A stretch of DNA of 64,000 nt from Chthonomonadales bacterium (lineage in GTDB: Bacteria > Armatimonadota > Chthonomonadetes > Chthonomonadales > CAJBBX01). A model generated the notes under the pieces. The model had not been told where the DNA came from. It did not search any database and was given only the letters and a program-made list of their open reading frames with translations. Each line of letters starts with the position of its first letter. Position 1 is the first letter of the stretch. Location of the stretch: contig JBMFSQ010000001.1 of assembly GCA_049967475.1 (NCBI GenBank), positions 253,077-317,076 on the forward strand. The letters are read 5' to 3'. Below, one piece after another: positions 39,748 through 49,721 of the stretch. A program made the translations under genes and the position numbers.

Positions 39748-42700
39748 TTAGGGCTTCTTCCCCGTTTCACCCTGCGGAGCCGCTTGGGGCGACACTTCCG
39801 GCTGAGGGTTGTAGCTGTGAGGCGGCAGCGGCCGCGATGCATTCTTCGGGTCCAGTTGCGGCGCCAATCCCTTCAATTCCGGAATGATCTTGTTGATGCT
39901 CGCTGCCTGCTGTGCCACCATCGCCCGGTTTTGGGCATCCCCATCCACTACGTGGGGGATCATGAAGATCATCAGCTCGGATTTGACCGTTTCCGATGAT
40001 GTGGAGCGGAAGAGGGAACCGAGGATCGGAATGTCGCCTAAGAGAGGGATCTTGTTGACGTTGATGGTTTTATTGTCGCGCATGAGGCCGCCCAGGGCCA
40101 CGATTTCGCCATCGCGTACACTCACCGACGTGTCCGCGGTTCGTTCGGCGTAGCGGGGCGCGAGGGTCGTAGTGACGCGGCCATTGGCGTCGGGCGCCGA
40201 GGCAACCGTGTCAAACCCCAGGAGTTCACTATCTGTGGACACCACATCAATGGTCACGAGGCCATCCTTCGTGATGCGGGGCGTCACGTCGAGCTGAACG
40301 CCCACCTGGAGGTATTGCACCGTGGCGCTGGACCCAAACGTGGTGACGAAGGAGTTCCCCTGGTACGGGATGTTGGTGGTTATGTCAATGGTGGCTTCCT
40401 GGTTGTTCGAGGTAAAGATCTTGGGAGTGGAGAGGATCTTCACCCGGTTGTCGGAGGTGAGAGCCTGGACCAGCGCATTGAAGCGGCCATTCACGGCTTG
40501 GATGCCGTACTGACCTCCAGGGTTGATGGGTGAAGCGATATTGCCTGAGGTGCTTCCGCCGCTTCCCAGCGGGAAGTTCGCGGATCCGCTTTGGGTGATG
40601 TCGGTGCCCAGGATGCGCCCAATACCCTTCGCATCGAACTGGAAGCCCAGCTTCTGGGTGGAATCGAGCGTAGCTTCAGCGATGATGACCTCGATCATCA
40701 CCTGCCGCGGGACCACATCCAGGGCCTCGATGATCTGCTTGATGGCCTCCAGGTTATCCGGGGTGGTGGTGACGATGAGGCTATTGGAGCCGATATCGGG
40801 CACTACTGCCACATTCTGCCGGAGCTGCAGCAGGTTCACGTAGCGTCCGTTCATCCCTCTGCCGTACTGAGGCGTGGGGCCCATCATGCTGGTATTGAAG
40901 CGGCCGCCAAAGGGAAAACCGAATTGGCGTGTTACCCCTTCGTCTTGTTGCGCGTCGGGAAGGAAACCCTCCTGGGTGAGGGTGCCGTGGATGCCTTCCG
41001 TGCTGGGAGGGGTGGGGACCGACGGCGCGGTTTCCGGAGCTGCCCGGGTGATGGCTGCGGAGCGGCCGAAGGGACTGGTGCTCTGCCCGAGGCGCCGCTG
41101 GATGGGCTGCCTGCGTTGAGCCCCTTGCTGACCTGGGAAGAAGCCGAAGAAGCCGAAGGGGCTGAACCCGCCTCCGCCGACGGTACCCGTGCCGAATGCC
41201 TGGCTGAGCGTATAGGCCATGTCGGATGCCTGGGCGTTCTTGAGCGGAATGACGAAGGTTGTGCTTTCCACCGGCACGTCTACGTCCAGTTCCTTGATGA
41301 GCTCATCTATCCGGGCCATGCGTTCTTTGGTAGCCATAATGATGAGGGAATTGGTGCGCACGTTGGCCACGACTTTGGCAAACGGGTCCGTGCTTTGTAC
41401 GGTTTGGCCCTGGGGCTGGTTGCCCATGGCCCCGAAGCCGAATGGGCCGAAGCCGCCGAACACCCGCTGCCCGAAGGTAGGCGTGGTTTGCGCGGTACGA
41501 CCCGGTACCGTACCCGAGAGGATGCTGTTGATGGTGTCTGCCACGTCGGCGGCATCCGCATATCGGAGCTTGCGGATGTAAACGTCCAGCGCTGTGGCAT
41601 TGGGATCGTCCAGGTCCGAGATCAGCTTCTGAACCCGCTCCATGTTGTCTTTGGAAGCGACGACGATCACCGAGTTGGTGCGCGTGTCTGCGACGGCGAC
41701 TACCGCGCTGCGCGCTTCGGCCCCGGCCGCACCCGGCGCAACACCGGGCTGGCCCGGCATCTGGGGCATGGGGGGTTGACCCGGCTGCGGTTGGCCGGGC
41801 TGGCCGGGACGGCCCCTCGGAAAGATCCTTCCGAAGAGATTATTGATGGCATTGGCCACGTCGGTAGCATCGGCGTGGGTAAGCGGGAAGCGCTGCATCT
41901 CGTTGTTGCTGGCCGCCCGGTCCAGCATGCTTACCAGATCGCCGATGCGTGCCACGTTGGCGGCTGTGTCCGTAACGATGAGGGCGTTGCTGCCTGCGCT
42001 CCCCACGATACTTGCGCCTTTGTTGATGAGCGGGGTAAGGTCCCGCGCAAGGGCCGACGCGTCCACATTCTCGATGGGGAAAACCTCCGTCACCACCTGG
42101 TTCATCAGCTCGTTGGGGTTCAGAGGTTTCCCATTGCCCATGCCCGGTGCCGTGAGGTTCCGCGTACTCTGAACGGCACGGTCTAGAGGAAGGATGCGCA
42201 GAACCTGCGTGTTCCCACGCATCTCGAGCTGCCCGCTGAAGCCCCGCACCTCTAGGACCGCCTGAAGGACCTGGAAGGCCTGATCCACAGTGAGCTGCTT
42301 GGGACTGATGATCGTCACCGGTCCCGATAGGCCCGGATCCGGCACGATTTCCCAATTGGTGGCCATGGCAAAGAACTTGAGGACGTTGTTGATATCGGCG
42401 CCGCGGAAGTCCATGGAGATAAGGCCCCCTGCTGCGCCGCCAGGGCCGGACGGCATGGAGAGGGGCGGCAGGGTTGGGGGAGGCGCCCCTGGACCAGGTG
42501 CACCTGCGGGAAGAACGGACGGTGGGATGCCCGGCGACTGGGGCGCCCCCGGAGACGGGGTGCGGTTACCGGCGGGGACAACGGAAGCCCCCTTGCCGAT
42601 GGGGACCACGCGCATGGAACCTCGGGACGCCGCCGGGGTGGTCCGCTTGGCGCCTCGAGTTCCGGCTGGCTTCTTATGCGCGGCTCGGTGCTTTGCTTTG

Positions 42701-42852
42701 GGGGCAGACGGCTTCGTTGGCGACGACCCGCCGGCATCCTGGCCCCAGGCGGTGGCGGCAAGCAGTCCTGCCAGAAGGATAACTGCCGCGCCCAGCATCC
42801 ACCATCGCGCCGCCCTCGTCATGCTGATCTCCTTAACGTTCGTCATAGCCAA
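39748..42852 (-). CDS. gspD: Type II secretion secretin
   Basis: N0 (MDFRGADI..VL), repeated N domains (ADTRTNSVIV) and secretin core (RQVMIEVIIAE, ILSTPKI, KIPLLGDIPILGSLFRS, ELMIFMIPHVV). Confidence 0.93.
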   Translation of the reverse strand: MAMTNVKEISMTRAARWWMLGAAVILLAGLLAATAWGQDAGGSSPTKPSAPKAKHRAAHKKPAGTRGAKRTTPAASRGSMRVVPIGKGASVVPAGNRTPSPGAPQSPGIPPSVLPAGAPGPGAPPPTLPPLSMPSGPGGAAGGLISMDFRGADINNVLKFFAMATNWEIVPDPGLSGPVTIISPKQLTVDQAFQVLQAVLEVRGFSGQLEMRGNTQVLRILPLDRAVQSTRNLTAPGMGNGKPLNPNELMNQVVTEVFPIENVDASALARDLTPLINKGASIVGSAGSNALIVTDTAANVARIGDLVSMLDRAASNNEMQRFPLTHADATDVANAINNLFGRIFPRGRPGQPGQPQPGQPPMPQMPGQPGVAPGAAGAEARSAVVAVADTRTNSVIVVASKDNMERVQKLISDLDDPNATALDVYIRKLRYADAADVADTINSILSGTVPGRTAQTTPTFGQRVFGGFGPFGFGAMGNQPQGQTVQSTDPFAKVVANVRTNSLIIMATKERMARIDELIKELDVDVPVESTTFVIPLKNAQASDMAYTLSQAFGTGTVGGGGFSPFGFFGFFPGQQGAQRRQPIQRRLGQSTSPFGRSAAITRAAPETAPSVPTPPSTEGIHGTLTQEGFLPDAQQDEGVTRQFGFPFGGRFNTSMMGPTPQYGRGMNGRYVNLLQLRQNVAVVPDIGSNSLIVTTTPDNLEAIKQIIEALDVVPRQVMIEVIIAEATLDSTQKLGFQFDAKGIGRILGTDITQSGSANFPLGSGGSTSGNIASPINPGGQYGIQAVNGRFNALVQALTSDNRVKILSTPKIFTSNNQEATIDITTNIPYQGNSFVTTFGSSATVQYLQVGVQLDVTPRITKDGLVTIDVVSTDSELLGFDTVASAPDANGRVTTTLAPRYAERTADTSVSVRDGEIVALGGLMRDNKTINVNKIPLLGDIPILGSLFRSTSSETVKSELMIFMIPHVVDGDAQNRAMVAQQAASINKIIPELKGLAPQLDPKNASRPLPPHSYNPQPEVSPQAAPQGETGKKP

Positions 42853-42882
42853 ATTCCGTGGACTTTTGGGCCAAGGGCTTCA

Positions 42883-43683
42883 TCAACCGCCGAAGCCGAA
42901 TCCCTGGAAGCCGCGCCGCTGCCCGCGGTCAAACTGGCGGTTAAGCCAGCGCGTTTGGGCTCGTTGGCGCTCTTCGGGCGTCATGTTCTGCCACCGCTGG
43001 CGGATGCGTTCCTGGACCCGCGGCGGAAGCTGGTCCATCCCCGGGAATGACGGGCCTTGTTCCGGCGCCGTCGGCGGAGCCATCGCCGCCGGTTGCATAG
43101 GCATCTGTGGGGTTGGCTGCGCCGTTTGGGTAAGGTAAGGGGCGCTCTTGTCGAGCGGCGTCAAGGTGAAATTGTCGGTCTTGTTGAGTGTCTGCACACG
43201 ACTGCCGACCTTGATGGATACGGAGCGCTCGGTGATGGCGTCTACGGTTCCGCCCAGGAACGGGTCGCCGGGGCGCAAGTATTGGCCTTCTTTGGTCTTC
43301 ACGTTCTCGATGAGGGCCATCATCTGGCCTCCCACCTGCACGGTGCCGTCGTAGGCATAGTCTACGAAGGGATCCACGATTTCAGGGGCCGCGGGCTGCG
43401 TAGGCTTGGGCGCCGCAGGCTTCGGTTTGGGCGCCTCCACGTCCGATGCTGTGAAGAGATCCGCCCGCACTGATGCCATGTAGTACGACAGGGGCTTCGG
43501 ATGGGGTACTGGTGCGGCTGTAGGGGACACCTGCACGATGTCTGGAGCCTGAGCAGTTACCCGGGCCGGTTCTACGCCCGGCCTGCGGGAAGACTGAGCA
43601 AAGGCAACGATCGCTGCCACGCCTGCCAAACCGAGGGCCGCCAGAATGGGAACAACGCTTCGATGTCCCTTGCGCTTCTTCAT
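42883..43683 (-). CDS. GspC/PilP-like inner-membrane accessory protein
   Basis: One TM, Pro-rich linker and HR-domain-like YDGTVQVGGQMMALIEN...YLRPGD...VDAITERSVSI; immediately upstream of gspD. Confidence 0.65.
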   Translation of the reverse strand: MKKRKGHRSVVPILAALGLAGVAAIVAFAQSSRRPGVEPARVTAQAPDIVQVSPTAAPVPHPKPLSYYMASVRADLFTASDVEAPKPKPAAPKPTQPAAPEIVDPFVDYAYDGTVQVGGQMMALIENVKTKEGQYLRPGDPFLGGTVDAITERSVSIKVGSRVQTLNKTDNFTLTPLDKSAPYLTQTAQPTPQMPMQPAAMAPPTAPEQGPSFPGMDQLPPRVQERIRQRWQNMTPEERQRAQTRWLNRQFDRGQRRGFQGFGFGG

Positions 43684-43715
43684 GGTCCTGTACTCCTTCC
43701 TTCCTGAATACTCCG

Positions 43716-44279
43716 TCATGGGGCCGGCTTTCTCTCCACAGTAGGCGGAAGCGCCGTTGTATAGCACGCCACCTGAAGCTCCACATCTACTACCTTCGCC
43801 TTGGGATCGGGAGTTACAACAGTGGCCTTTTCTGCAACCAGCCTTCCCTTGGGATCCTCAATCCGATAAATATACGGGATAGCCTGTGCGAAGGGTGCAG
43901 TAAAGCGTACGCTGATGGGAACCTTAGTAACCGATGCCTCTGTGTGGACGCGCAACGGCTTGATTTCCCTGAGATGGATCCCGCAGGTCCTGGCCTGCTC
44001 CTGGAGCTGCTGCACGAGTTTCGGCGTGAGGGTGGGTGGCGCCTCGGAGTATGTTATGGCTTTGAGGCGTGCATCCAATGCCTTCGTGTCATCTTCCAAG
44101 GCAAGTTTCTGTTTGAGGGCAGCGTTGTACTTTCTCCGCGCTTCGGATGCGGGGATCAACTTCCCAGCGCCGGCGCCCGGCGGCTGCAGCATCGCGGGGA
44201 CGCCCACAATCACCGCAAGGATGCACAGAGCGATGAGCACGCGTTCACGGGGGTTCCTGCGGGACCAGAACTCTCTCAT
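43716..44279 (-). CDS. gspM: GspM/PilO-like protein
   Basis: WSRRNPRERVLI plus TM, coiled coil and ferredoxin-like C-terminus; ATGA overlap with upstream gene. Confidence 0.75.
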   Translation of the reverse strand: MREFWSRRNPRERVLIALCILAVIVGVPAMLQPPGAGAGKLIPASEARRKYNAALKQKLALEDDTKALDARLKAITYSEAPPTLTPKLVQQLQEQARTCGIHLREIKPLRVHTEASVTKVPISVRFTAPFAQAIPYIYRIEDPKGRLVAEKATVVTPDPKAKVVDVELQVACYTTALPPTVERKPAP

Positions 44280-45856
44280 GGCGCCGATCCCCCTGCGCTC
44301 GACGTGTTGTTGCCGGCCCGAACGGCGCTGCTGCCGGAAGCCGCCGCGCCCGCGTTCGGTATGGGGAGCCGGCAAGAAATGATGAAGCTCATCTTCTTGG
44401 GTTGCCCGGGTTTGGCTGCCGCGGATGCGCTGCCGGCGTTGGTGTCGGCGGCGGTATCCCCCAGATACCCCAGCCGAACGTCGCTCAACAATGGAGATCT
44501 CTGCAGCGCGAGAACCATTGCGGTAGCGCCCCCTTCGGAGAGCGTGTTGCCGTGGATCGTTATCTGATTTGCCCGGTCCATGGCGAACTGTGTCAGGTAA
44601 ACGCCTTGCCTTGGCACGGCATCGCTCACAGCTTTGAACACTTCCACCAACGGATGATCTCGGTCCAACCCGCCGGCAACAGTTTGATAAGCCTTGAGAA
44701 CCCTGTCATGTTGCTGCTTCACGCGGTCCAGCACCTTTTGGGCCATCGTCAACCGGTCATTCTCCCGCCGAGCCCGGACCAATTCGGCGCGCTGGTTCTC
44801 GATGCTGCGGGACGCCCAGGCGCCCGCCGCTGCCAACAGGGCAAGGATACCCACCATCGCAATGGCAGTTTGGATGCGCCGGCGCGCCGCCCTTCGACGC
44901 TCCAAGCGGCTTGCCGGGACCAAGTTGATATGAGCAAGGGGAGATGCAACCTCCGAAAGGGCCAGACCAATGGTTCCGGCATACTCGAGGTTCGTTTGAT
45001 CCTCCCGAGTGAATAGACTGCCGTTCAGCAGAGTGGTGTCGGTCCCGAGGACTTCACGGAGGGGTTCTTCGAGTTGATGGATCGTTGCCGGCGATCCGGC
45101 GATGCGCACGGCTCCGATCGGATGGCCACGGTGTTCGTTTTCGTAGGCCGCGAAGGAGCGTACAATCTCTTCGACGATTACATTGGTCGCTGCTGAGGAG
45201 CGCCCCTCGTCGGAAAGAGCCGCTGCCCGTGAGAAGACGACGCGTCCATCCGCCACAACGGCCATATCAATGGCTGCAGGCTCAACGCTGAGGATGGCGG
45301 TAGGAACCACGGCATCACGGCACAGCTCGGCCAAGGCCAGCGAAGACACGGCCAGCCGTTCTACGTTTACGCCTGCGGCATCGAAGGCGGCCATCACCTC
45401 TTCGATGAGGCTTCGGCGCGCCGCGGCGATCATGACGGTGGTCAATTCTTCGGAGGGATCCGACACAATCTCGTGATCCAGCGTGACTTCCTCGATGGGG
45501 AATGGGATGTACTGCTGGGCTTCAAATTGCACCATGCCGGCGATCTGCTCGGGAGTGGCGTGGGGAAGGCGCGCAAATTTGAGCGTCACCATGCGGCGGG
45601 GTACGGAGGCTACGGCCTTGCCGGACCCGATGCCGGCTTGAGCGAGGGCTGCTCTGATGGCTCCCGGCAGGTTCGCCCGCAGCAGCACCGGGTCATCCAG
45701 ACACGTGGGCAGGAGAGGCGCCTGGCCTTTCTTCACGACGCGCGGCCCGCCATGCGTCCCTTCGATCTCTACGGCGCGCACCGCTGAAAAGCCGATCTCA
45801 ATGGCCCGGATGCGTGTAGATGCTCCCCGCGGTTGTGCTGTATTACGGAGTGCCAA
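44276..45856 (-). CDS. gspL: GspL-like PilM-PilN fusion protein
   Basis: Actin-like PilM domain (AIEIG..VRAVE, EAQQYIPFPIEEV), INLVP, TM and PilN-like periplasmic domain. Confidence 0.8.
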   Translation of the reverse strand: MALRNTAQPRGASTRIRAIEIGFSAVRAVEIEGTHGGPRVVKKGQAPLLPTCLDDPVLLRANLPGAIRAALAQAGIGSGKAVASVPRRMVTLKFARLPHATPEQIAGMVQFEAQQYIPFPIEEVTLDHEIVSDPSEELTTVMIAAARRSLIEEVMAAFDAAGVNVERLAVSSLALAELCRDAVVPTAILSVEPAAIDMAVVADGRVVFSRAAALSDEGRSSAATNVIVEEIVRSFAAYENEHRGHPIGAVRIAGSPATIHQLEEPLREVLGTDTTLLNGSLFTREDQTNLEYAGTIGLALSEVASPLAHINLVPASRLERRRAARRRIQTAIAMVGILALLAAAGAWASRSIENQRAELVRARRENDRLTMAQKVLDRVKQQHDRVLKAYQTVAGGLDRDHPLVEVFKAVSDAVPRQGVYLTQFAMDRANQITIHGNTLSEGGATAMVLALQRSPLLSDVRLGYLGDTAADTNAGSASAAAKPGQPKKMSFIISCRLPIPNAGAAASGSSAVRAGNNTSSAGGSAP

Positions 45857-47255
45857 GAGTTCCTCCCGATGAGCTGTAATAGTTGGGTCCGGGAACCCAG
45901 TTCTGCCAGCCTGGATACGCCCCTACCTGGCGCCACTGTAGGATGCGCGGGTTCGCCGGAGCGGCGGCTGTGCTCTGTCCGCTCGCGGTCTGGTCTCCAG
46001 GCTGAGCCGGAGACCCAGAGGATTGGGCCGGCTGCTGGGGCGTGAGCTCCACAAGGGCTTCGTAGGCGTACAGACGCAGGCTCCCGGGGAAGCGCACCCT
46101 CACCCGCAGAAGATACACAGACGACTTGGTGCAGACGTGGTCTACCAGGGTCTGTAACTGCTGGCGGTTCAGATCGGTGAGCTGGAAAAGGTCATTGAGG
46201 CCGTTGAACGTTCCGCCGGATTGCCGCCACTGGATGACGGCATTGTAAATGGTGTCGTCTACTCCTGGGATGGTGGCAAGCACTTCCGCCGGCGCCGTGT
46301 TGATATTGATTACGCCGTCCCGGTATTGGCTGTTGGTGACCGTGATCTTGTCGCCGATTTGCTGCATGATGGTGCGCGTGAAGCCCGGCACATTGAGGAG
46401 ATCTGCGATGGAGTTTATATTCGCGCCGTTGGTGCCGCGTGCCTGCACCAGAGCCTGAGCGAGGCGCGCAGTAATGCCTAGACGCGTTTGGAGCTCGTTT
46501 GCACTGGCAGTCTTGATATTGACGCGTTGCGACCCGTCCGAGGCTACGTTGAGCTCCCGCGAGTACGTCGTTACGAGTTCTGCCAGGGGTGGTGTCGCGC
46601 TTCCCGTGGTGCCTAGAGCCATGCCGGGTTGCTGCGTCTGCCGCGTGGCACGCGAAGAAGCGGGGCTGGAAAGCGCCTGCGCTTGAGCCGGTGAAGGTCC
46701 ATAAAGCAGATCTGGGGTGATGCCGCGTACCAGAAGAAGCTCGTCAATGGTGTCGAAGGGGGCATTCTTGGCTGAATAGGGCGGATTGAGGGACTGGTAA
46801 TAGTCGGATTCGGCGCCCACCATGTCTTGACCGATGGTGGGTTGATCATCGGGATCGCGCCAATCTACGATGGCGGCCGCAATGTTGGGGTCATTTTGGA
46901 GTTGCGGCAGCTTGGCCAACGATGCCGCGGATGCTGTGTTGATATTGAGGCGGGATGCAGTGTCTATGATATCCACTTTGAACCAGCCGTCTCCCAACTG
47001 TGTCCACCCATTGGCATCTGTGTCCGGCGGAGCAGTAAGCTGTGGCACCGCTGCGCCGCCTCCGGTAGCCTCCTCGAGTTGCCCCGCAGTAAAAACCACG
47101 GCCCCGTGCGCGATAAAGAAGGCTTCCGTGTCATGCGCTTGGTTCAGAGCTGCCTGGACTTCGGTGCGCGCTGCTGCGGTGAGAGCAACAGCCAGCGCCG
47201 TCAGGATCAGAACTACCATCAGCACCGGTACGAACGCCTGGCCCGCGTGCTTCAT
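45843..47255 (-). CDS. gspK: Minor pseudopilin GspK
   Basis: GQAFVPVLMVV prepilin without E5, RLNINTA, AIVDWRDPD and KNAPFDTIDELLLVRGIT. Confidence 0.9.
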   Translation of the reverse strand: MKHAGQAFVPVLMVVLILTALAVALTAAARTEVQAALNQAHDTEAFFIAHGAVVFTAGQLEEATGGGAAVPQLTAPPDTDANGWTQLGDGWFKVDIIDTASRLNINTASAASLAKLPQLQNDPNIAAAIVDWRDPDDQPTIGQDMVGAESDYYQSLNPPYSAKNAPFDTIDELLLVRGITPDLLYGPSPAQAQALSSPASSRATRQTQQPGMALGTTGSATPPLAELVTTYSRELNVASDGSQRVNIKTASANELQTRLGITARLAQALVQARGTNGANINSIADLLNVPGFTRTIMQQIGDKITVTNSQYRDGVININTAPAEVLATIPGVDDTIYNAVIQWRQSGGTFNGLNDLFQLTDLNRQQLQTLVDHVCTKSSVYLLRVRVRFPGSLRLYAYEALVELTPQQPAQSSGSPAQPGDQTASGQSTAAAPANPRILQWRQVGAYPGWQNWVPGPNYYSSSGGTLGTP

Positions 47256-48193
47256 GGCCTTGCCCCCACTCCAGACAGTCCCGGCAGCCCAGACCCCGAG
47301 CCGCTGGGCGGGGTTCCTCCCTGAGGGGGTGTCGTACTCGGGGAACCTCCGGCAGGCGGACCGGCGCCACCTCCAGGAGAAGATGACGCTTGGGGCGACT
47401 GCCCCGCCGCCATCGGTTGGGGAGTAAGCGGCGTCACCGTTGTGGCGAAGGCGGCGGTTCGCCCATCAGGCGTGCCCACTCGAATTTGTATCTGAACGGC
47501 CAGCGGAAGCGTGGTGTCTTCATCCCCCGTTGCTGTGGATCCAGGTGCGACCCCTACTGCGGAAGCTTGGGCTGCCGCTTGTTGATTGGCAAAGTTCCAA
47601 TACGGGCGCAGGTTTCCGTTTGCGTCCAGATAGTTGATGGACACTTCCAGGACGTGCCGCGCGACGACGGTGGAAGGATCGGACGGGTCCGGCAGGGTGT
47701 CGGGGTTCGGCAGCGACGTTTCGCCTCGGCTGAGCGTTCCGGCGTCGGGATCGAATGAGTAGACCACCATGGCGATGCCCCCTTGGGGAAAGGGAGGCGC
47801 CGCGCTTGCCTGGAGGGGGTCCGTGGAGACCGGCCCGGCAGTGATGTGATGGGCCAGTGTCGTAAACTGCACGAGAGTGCCCGTGTCGGTACCTTGGGCT
47901 ATAAAGAAGGTATTCGGGTTGTACGTAGAGGCGTAGGCCGAACGCAAGTCGTCGGCAAGCAGGCGGAGCGCTGTGCGGCCCTCCGTTTCCAATTCCGTTT
48001 GGCGGCTCAGCGCTTCCCGGCTCCGCAAAGAGGCCGAGAGCGCGAACGTTGTGGCGGCTGTGATGATCGTGAGCATCGTCATAGCGACTAAGGCTTCGGC
48101 AAGCGTAAAGCCGCCGCGGCGCCGAGCGCACCGGAACGCGCCCCGACGGATGTGCCGCTCAGAAAAAGGTTGAACGGTGCCGCACGGAGTCAT
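47252..48193 (-). CDS. gspJ: Minor pseudopilin GspJ
   Basis: GGFTLAEALVA prepilin motif, LADDLRSA and LPLAVQIQI. Confidence 0.82.
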   Translation of the reverse strand: MTPCGTVQPFSERHIRRGAFRCARRRGGFTLAEALVAMTMLTIITAATTFALSASLRSREALSRQTELETEGRTALRLLADDLRSAYASTYNPNTFFIAQGTDTGTLVQFTTLAHHITAGPVSTDPLQASAAPPFPQGGIAMVVYSFDPDAGTLSRGETSLPNPDTLPDPSDPSTVVARHVLEVSINYLDANGNLRPYWNFANQQAAAQASAVGVAPGSTATGDEDTTLPLAVQIQIRVGTPDGRTAAFATTVTPLTPQPMAAGQSPQASSSPGGGAGPPAGGSPSTTPPQGGTPPSGSGSGLPGLSGVGARP

Positions 48194-48639
48194 TGGGTTG
48201 GTATCGCGTTTCCCGAACCCGTATTCTGGGGAACCGGTTCATAAGTAACGATTTGTACCGAGCGCCCGCCGCGGGTGGAGCGATGCTGAACGGTGAGCGT
48301 CACCTTCTCTACTGCGGCTAGGTCCGTGGGTTCCACAGTTGTCTGCCATGTGTAGTCGGGATGGTCCGGCGAAAAGTCGCCTTGTTGATCCCCCGACATG
48401 AGCTGCGTAGGGTCGGCCTCCATCTCACTGATCTTCTGCTGTGCCAATAGGGCTGCGGTAGTTATCGTCTGTGCAGCCGCCATAGACCGCGTTGCCGCCG
48501 AGATGCACGTGAGGGCGGCCACCCCGCCCAGCACAAGGAGCAGAGCGGCTACGATCATCTCAACCAGCGTGAAACCTTCTCTGTGCCGCCCGCCGGCCGA
48601 GCGTCGGAGGGCCAAGCGTTGGCGGGGCTGGTCATTCAT
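48190..48639 (-). CDS. gspI: Minor pseudopilin GspI
   Basis: EGFTLVEMIVA, AALLAQQKISEM and YTWQTTV. Confidence 0.82.
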   Translation of the reverse strand: MNDQPRQRLALRRSAGGRHREGFTLVEMIVAALLLVLGGVAALTCISAATRSMAAAQTITTAALLAQQKISEMEADPTQLMSGDQQGDFSPDHPDYTWQTTVEPTDLAAVEKVTLTVQHRSTRGGRSVQIVTYEPVPQNTGSGNAIPTQ

Positions 48640-49196
48640 TGCTGATCCGTAATCCGTGGGTTTCCCGTAGCAGGAGCAACTTCCACAACGGCGGAGTACC
48701 CCTCGGCGCTCACAATCGTCAAACGCCCCCCGGAGGAACTGCCGTCGTCACGGAACCGGATGGCGGCACCGGAAGCGCTCCCGGGGACAGAACCTGTGTC
48801 GCTGAAAGATTGGAAGTTCGTGATCATGACCTTCTCGCCCAAGTTCAAGACACGCGGCTCGGGGAGGGGCTGCGCGGAGAGCTGATCCTGCATGACGATG
48901 GGTGCATCTGTTGCCGGAGCCGGAGCGGGGATAGACACGGTGAGCCCTTGCGTTTGCGCGTCAAAGGTAACGGTGCTGTCGGCCCCATAACGGATCGCCA
49001 TGTCTTTAGCCGTATCGAGCGCCTCGACGACGGTTTGCAGTGCGGCGTCAAAGTCGGCACGGGCCAACATCCGCGAGTACTGCGGGACTGCCACGCTGGC
49101 GAATACCGCCATGATGACAATCACTACCAGCATCTCGATTAGGGTGAATGCGGCCCGCGCCTTGTGTGTCCTTCCACTTTGGACCAAGCCCAACAC
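48636..49196 (-). CDS. gspH: Minor pseudopilin GspH
   Basis: AAFTLIEMLVV and IRFRDDGSSSGG. Confidence 0.82.
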   Translation of the reverse strand: MLGLVQSGRTHKARAAFTLIEMLVVIVIMAVFASVAVPQYSRMLARADFDAALQTVVEALDTAKDMAIRYGADSTVTFDAQTQGLTVSIPAPAPATDAPIVMQDQLSAQPLPEPRVLNLGEKVMITNFQSFSDTGSVPGSASGAAIRFRDDGSSSGGRLTIVSAEGYSAVVEVAPATGNPRITDQQ

Positions 49197-49199
49197 TCG

Positions 49200-49628
49200 T
49201 TACCCTCTCAGGTTCCAGTTGCCGATGTCGTCCGCAGTGCCCGGCTGCCCGTCCGGACCTGCCGAGAAGAGGTCATAATCCAGGCCGTGCTCGCTGGGTA
49301 TGCGGTAAATATAGGGATGTCCCCACGGGTCATTGGGCAGACCGTTCTTGAGGTAGGGCCCATTCCACTTAGGGTTGTTCCCTACGTTGGTGAGGAGGGC
49401 CTGCAATCCTTGATCCGCACTCGGATACTCGCCTGTATCGAGCTTGTACGCCTCGAGCTGGTTATCCAGCGTTGAAATATCCGTGCGGGCGGCGGCCTGC
49501 CGGGCATCTTCGGTGCGGTTGATCACGCGGGGGATCACAACAGCCGCCAGGATGGCCAGGATGATGATCACCACCAGCAGCTCGATGAGCGTAAAGCCGC
49601 GCTGGGCGGCGCTTCTCGACGTTTGCAT
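49200..49628 (-). CDS. gspG: Major pseudopilin GspG
   Basis: [37 protein letters not shown] and SAGPDG. Confidence 0.95.
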   Translation of the reverse strand: MQTSRSAAQRGFTLIELLVVIIILAILAAVVIPRVINRTEDARQAAARTDISTLDNQLEAYKLDTGEYPSADQGLQALLTNVGNNPKWNGPYLKNGLPNDPWGHPYIYRIPSEHGLDYDLFSAGPDGQPGTADDIGNWNLRG

Positions 49629-49721
49629 CTTCAGTTTCCTCCCATTCCTATGCCTGCGCGGATGCGCAGGGAACCCGCCGGCGGTATCGGCCGGGCGGAG
49701 CTGCTCGAGCCGTGCTCCTTA

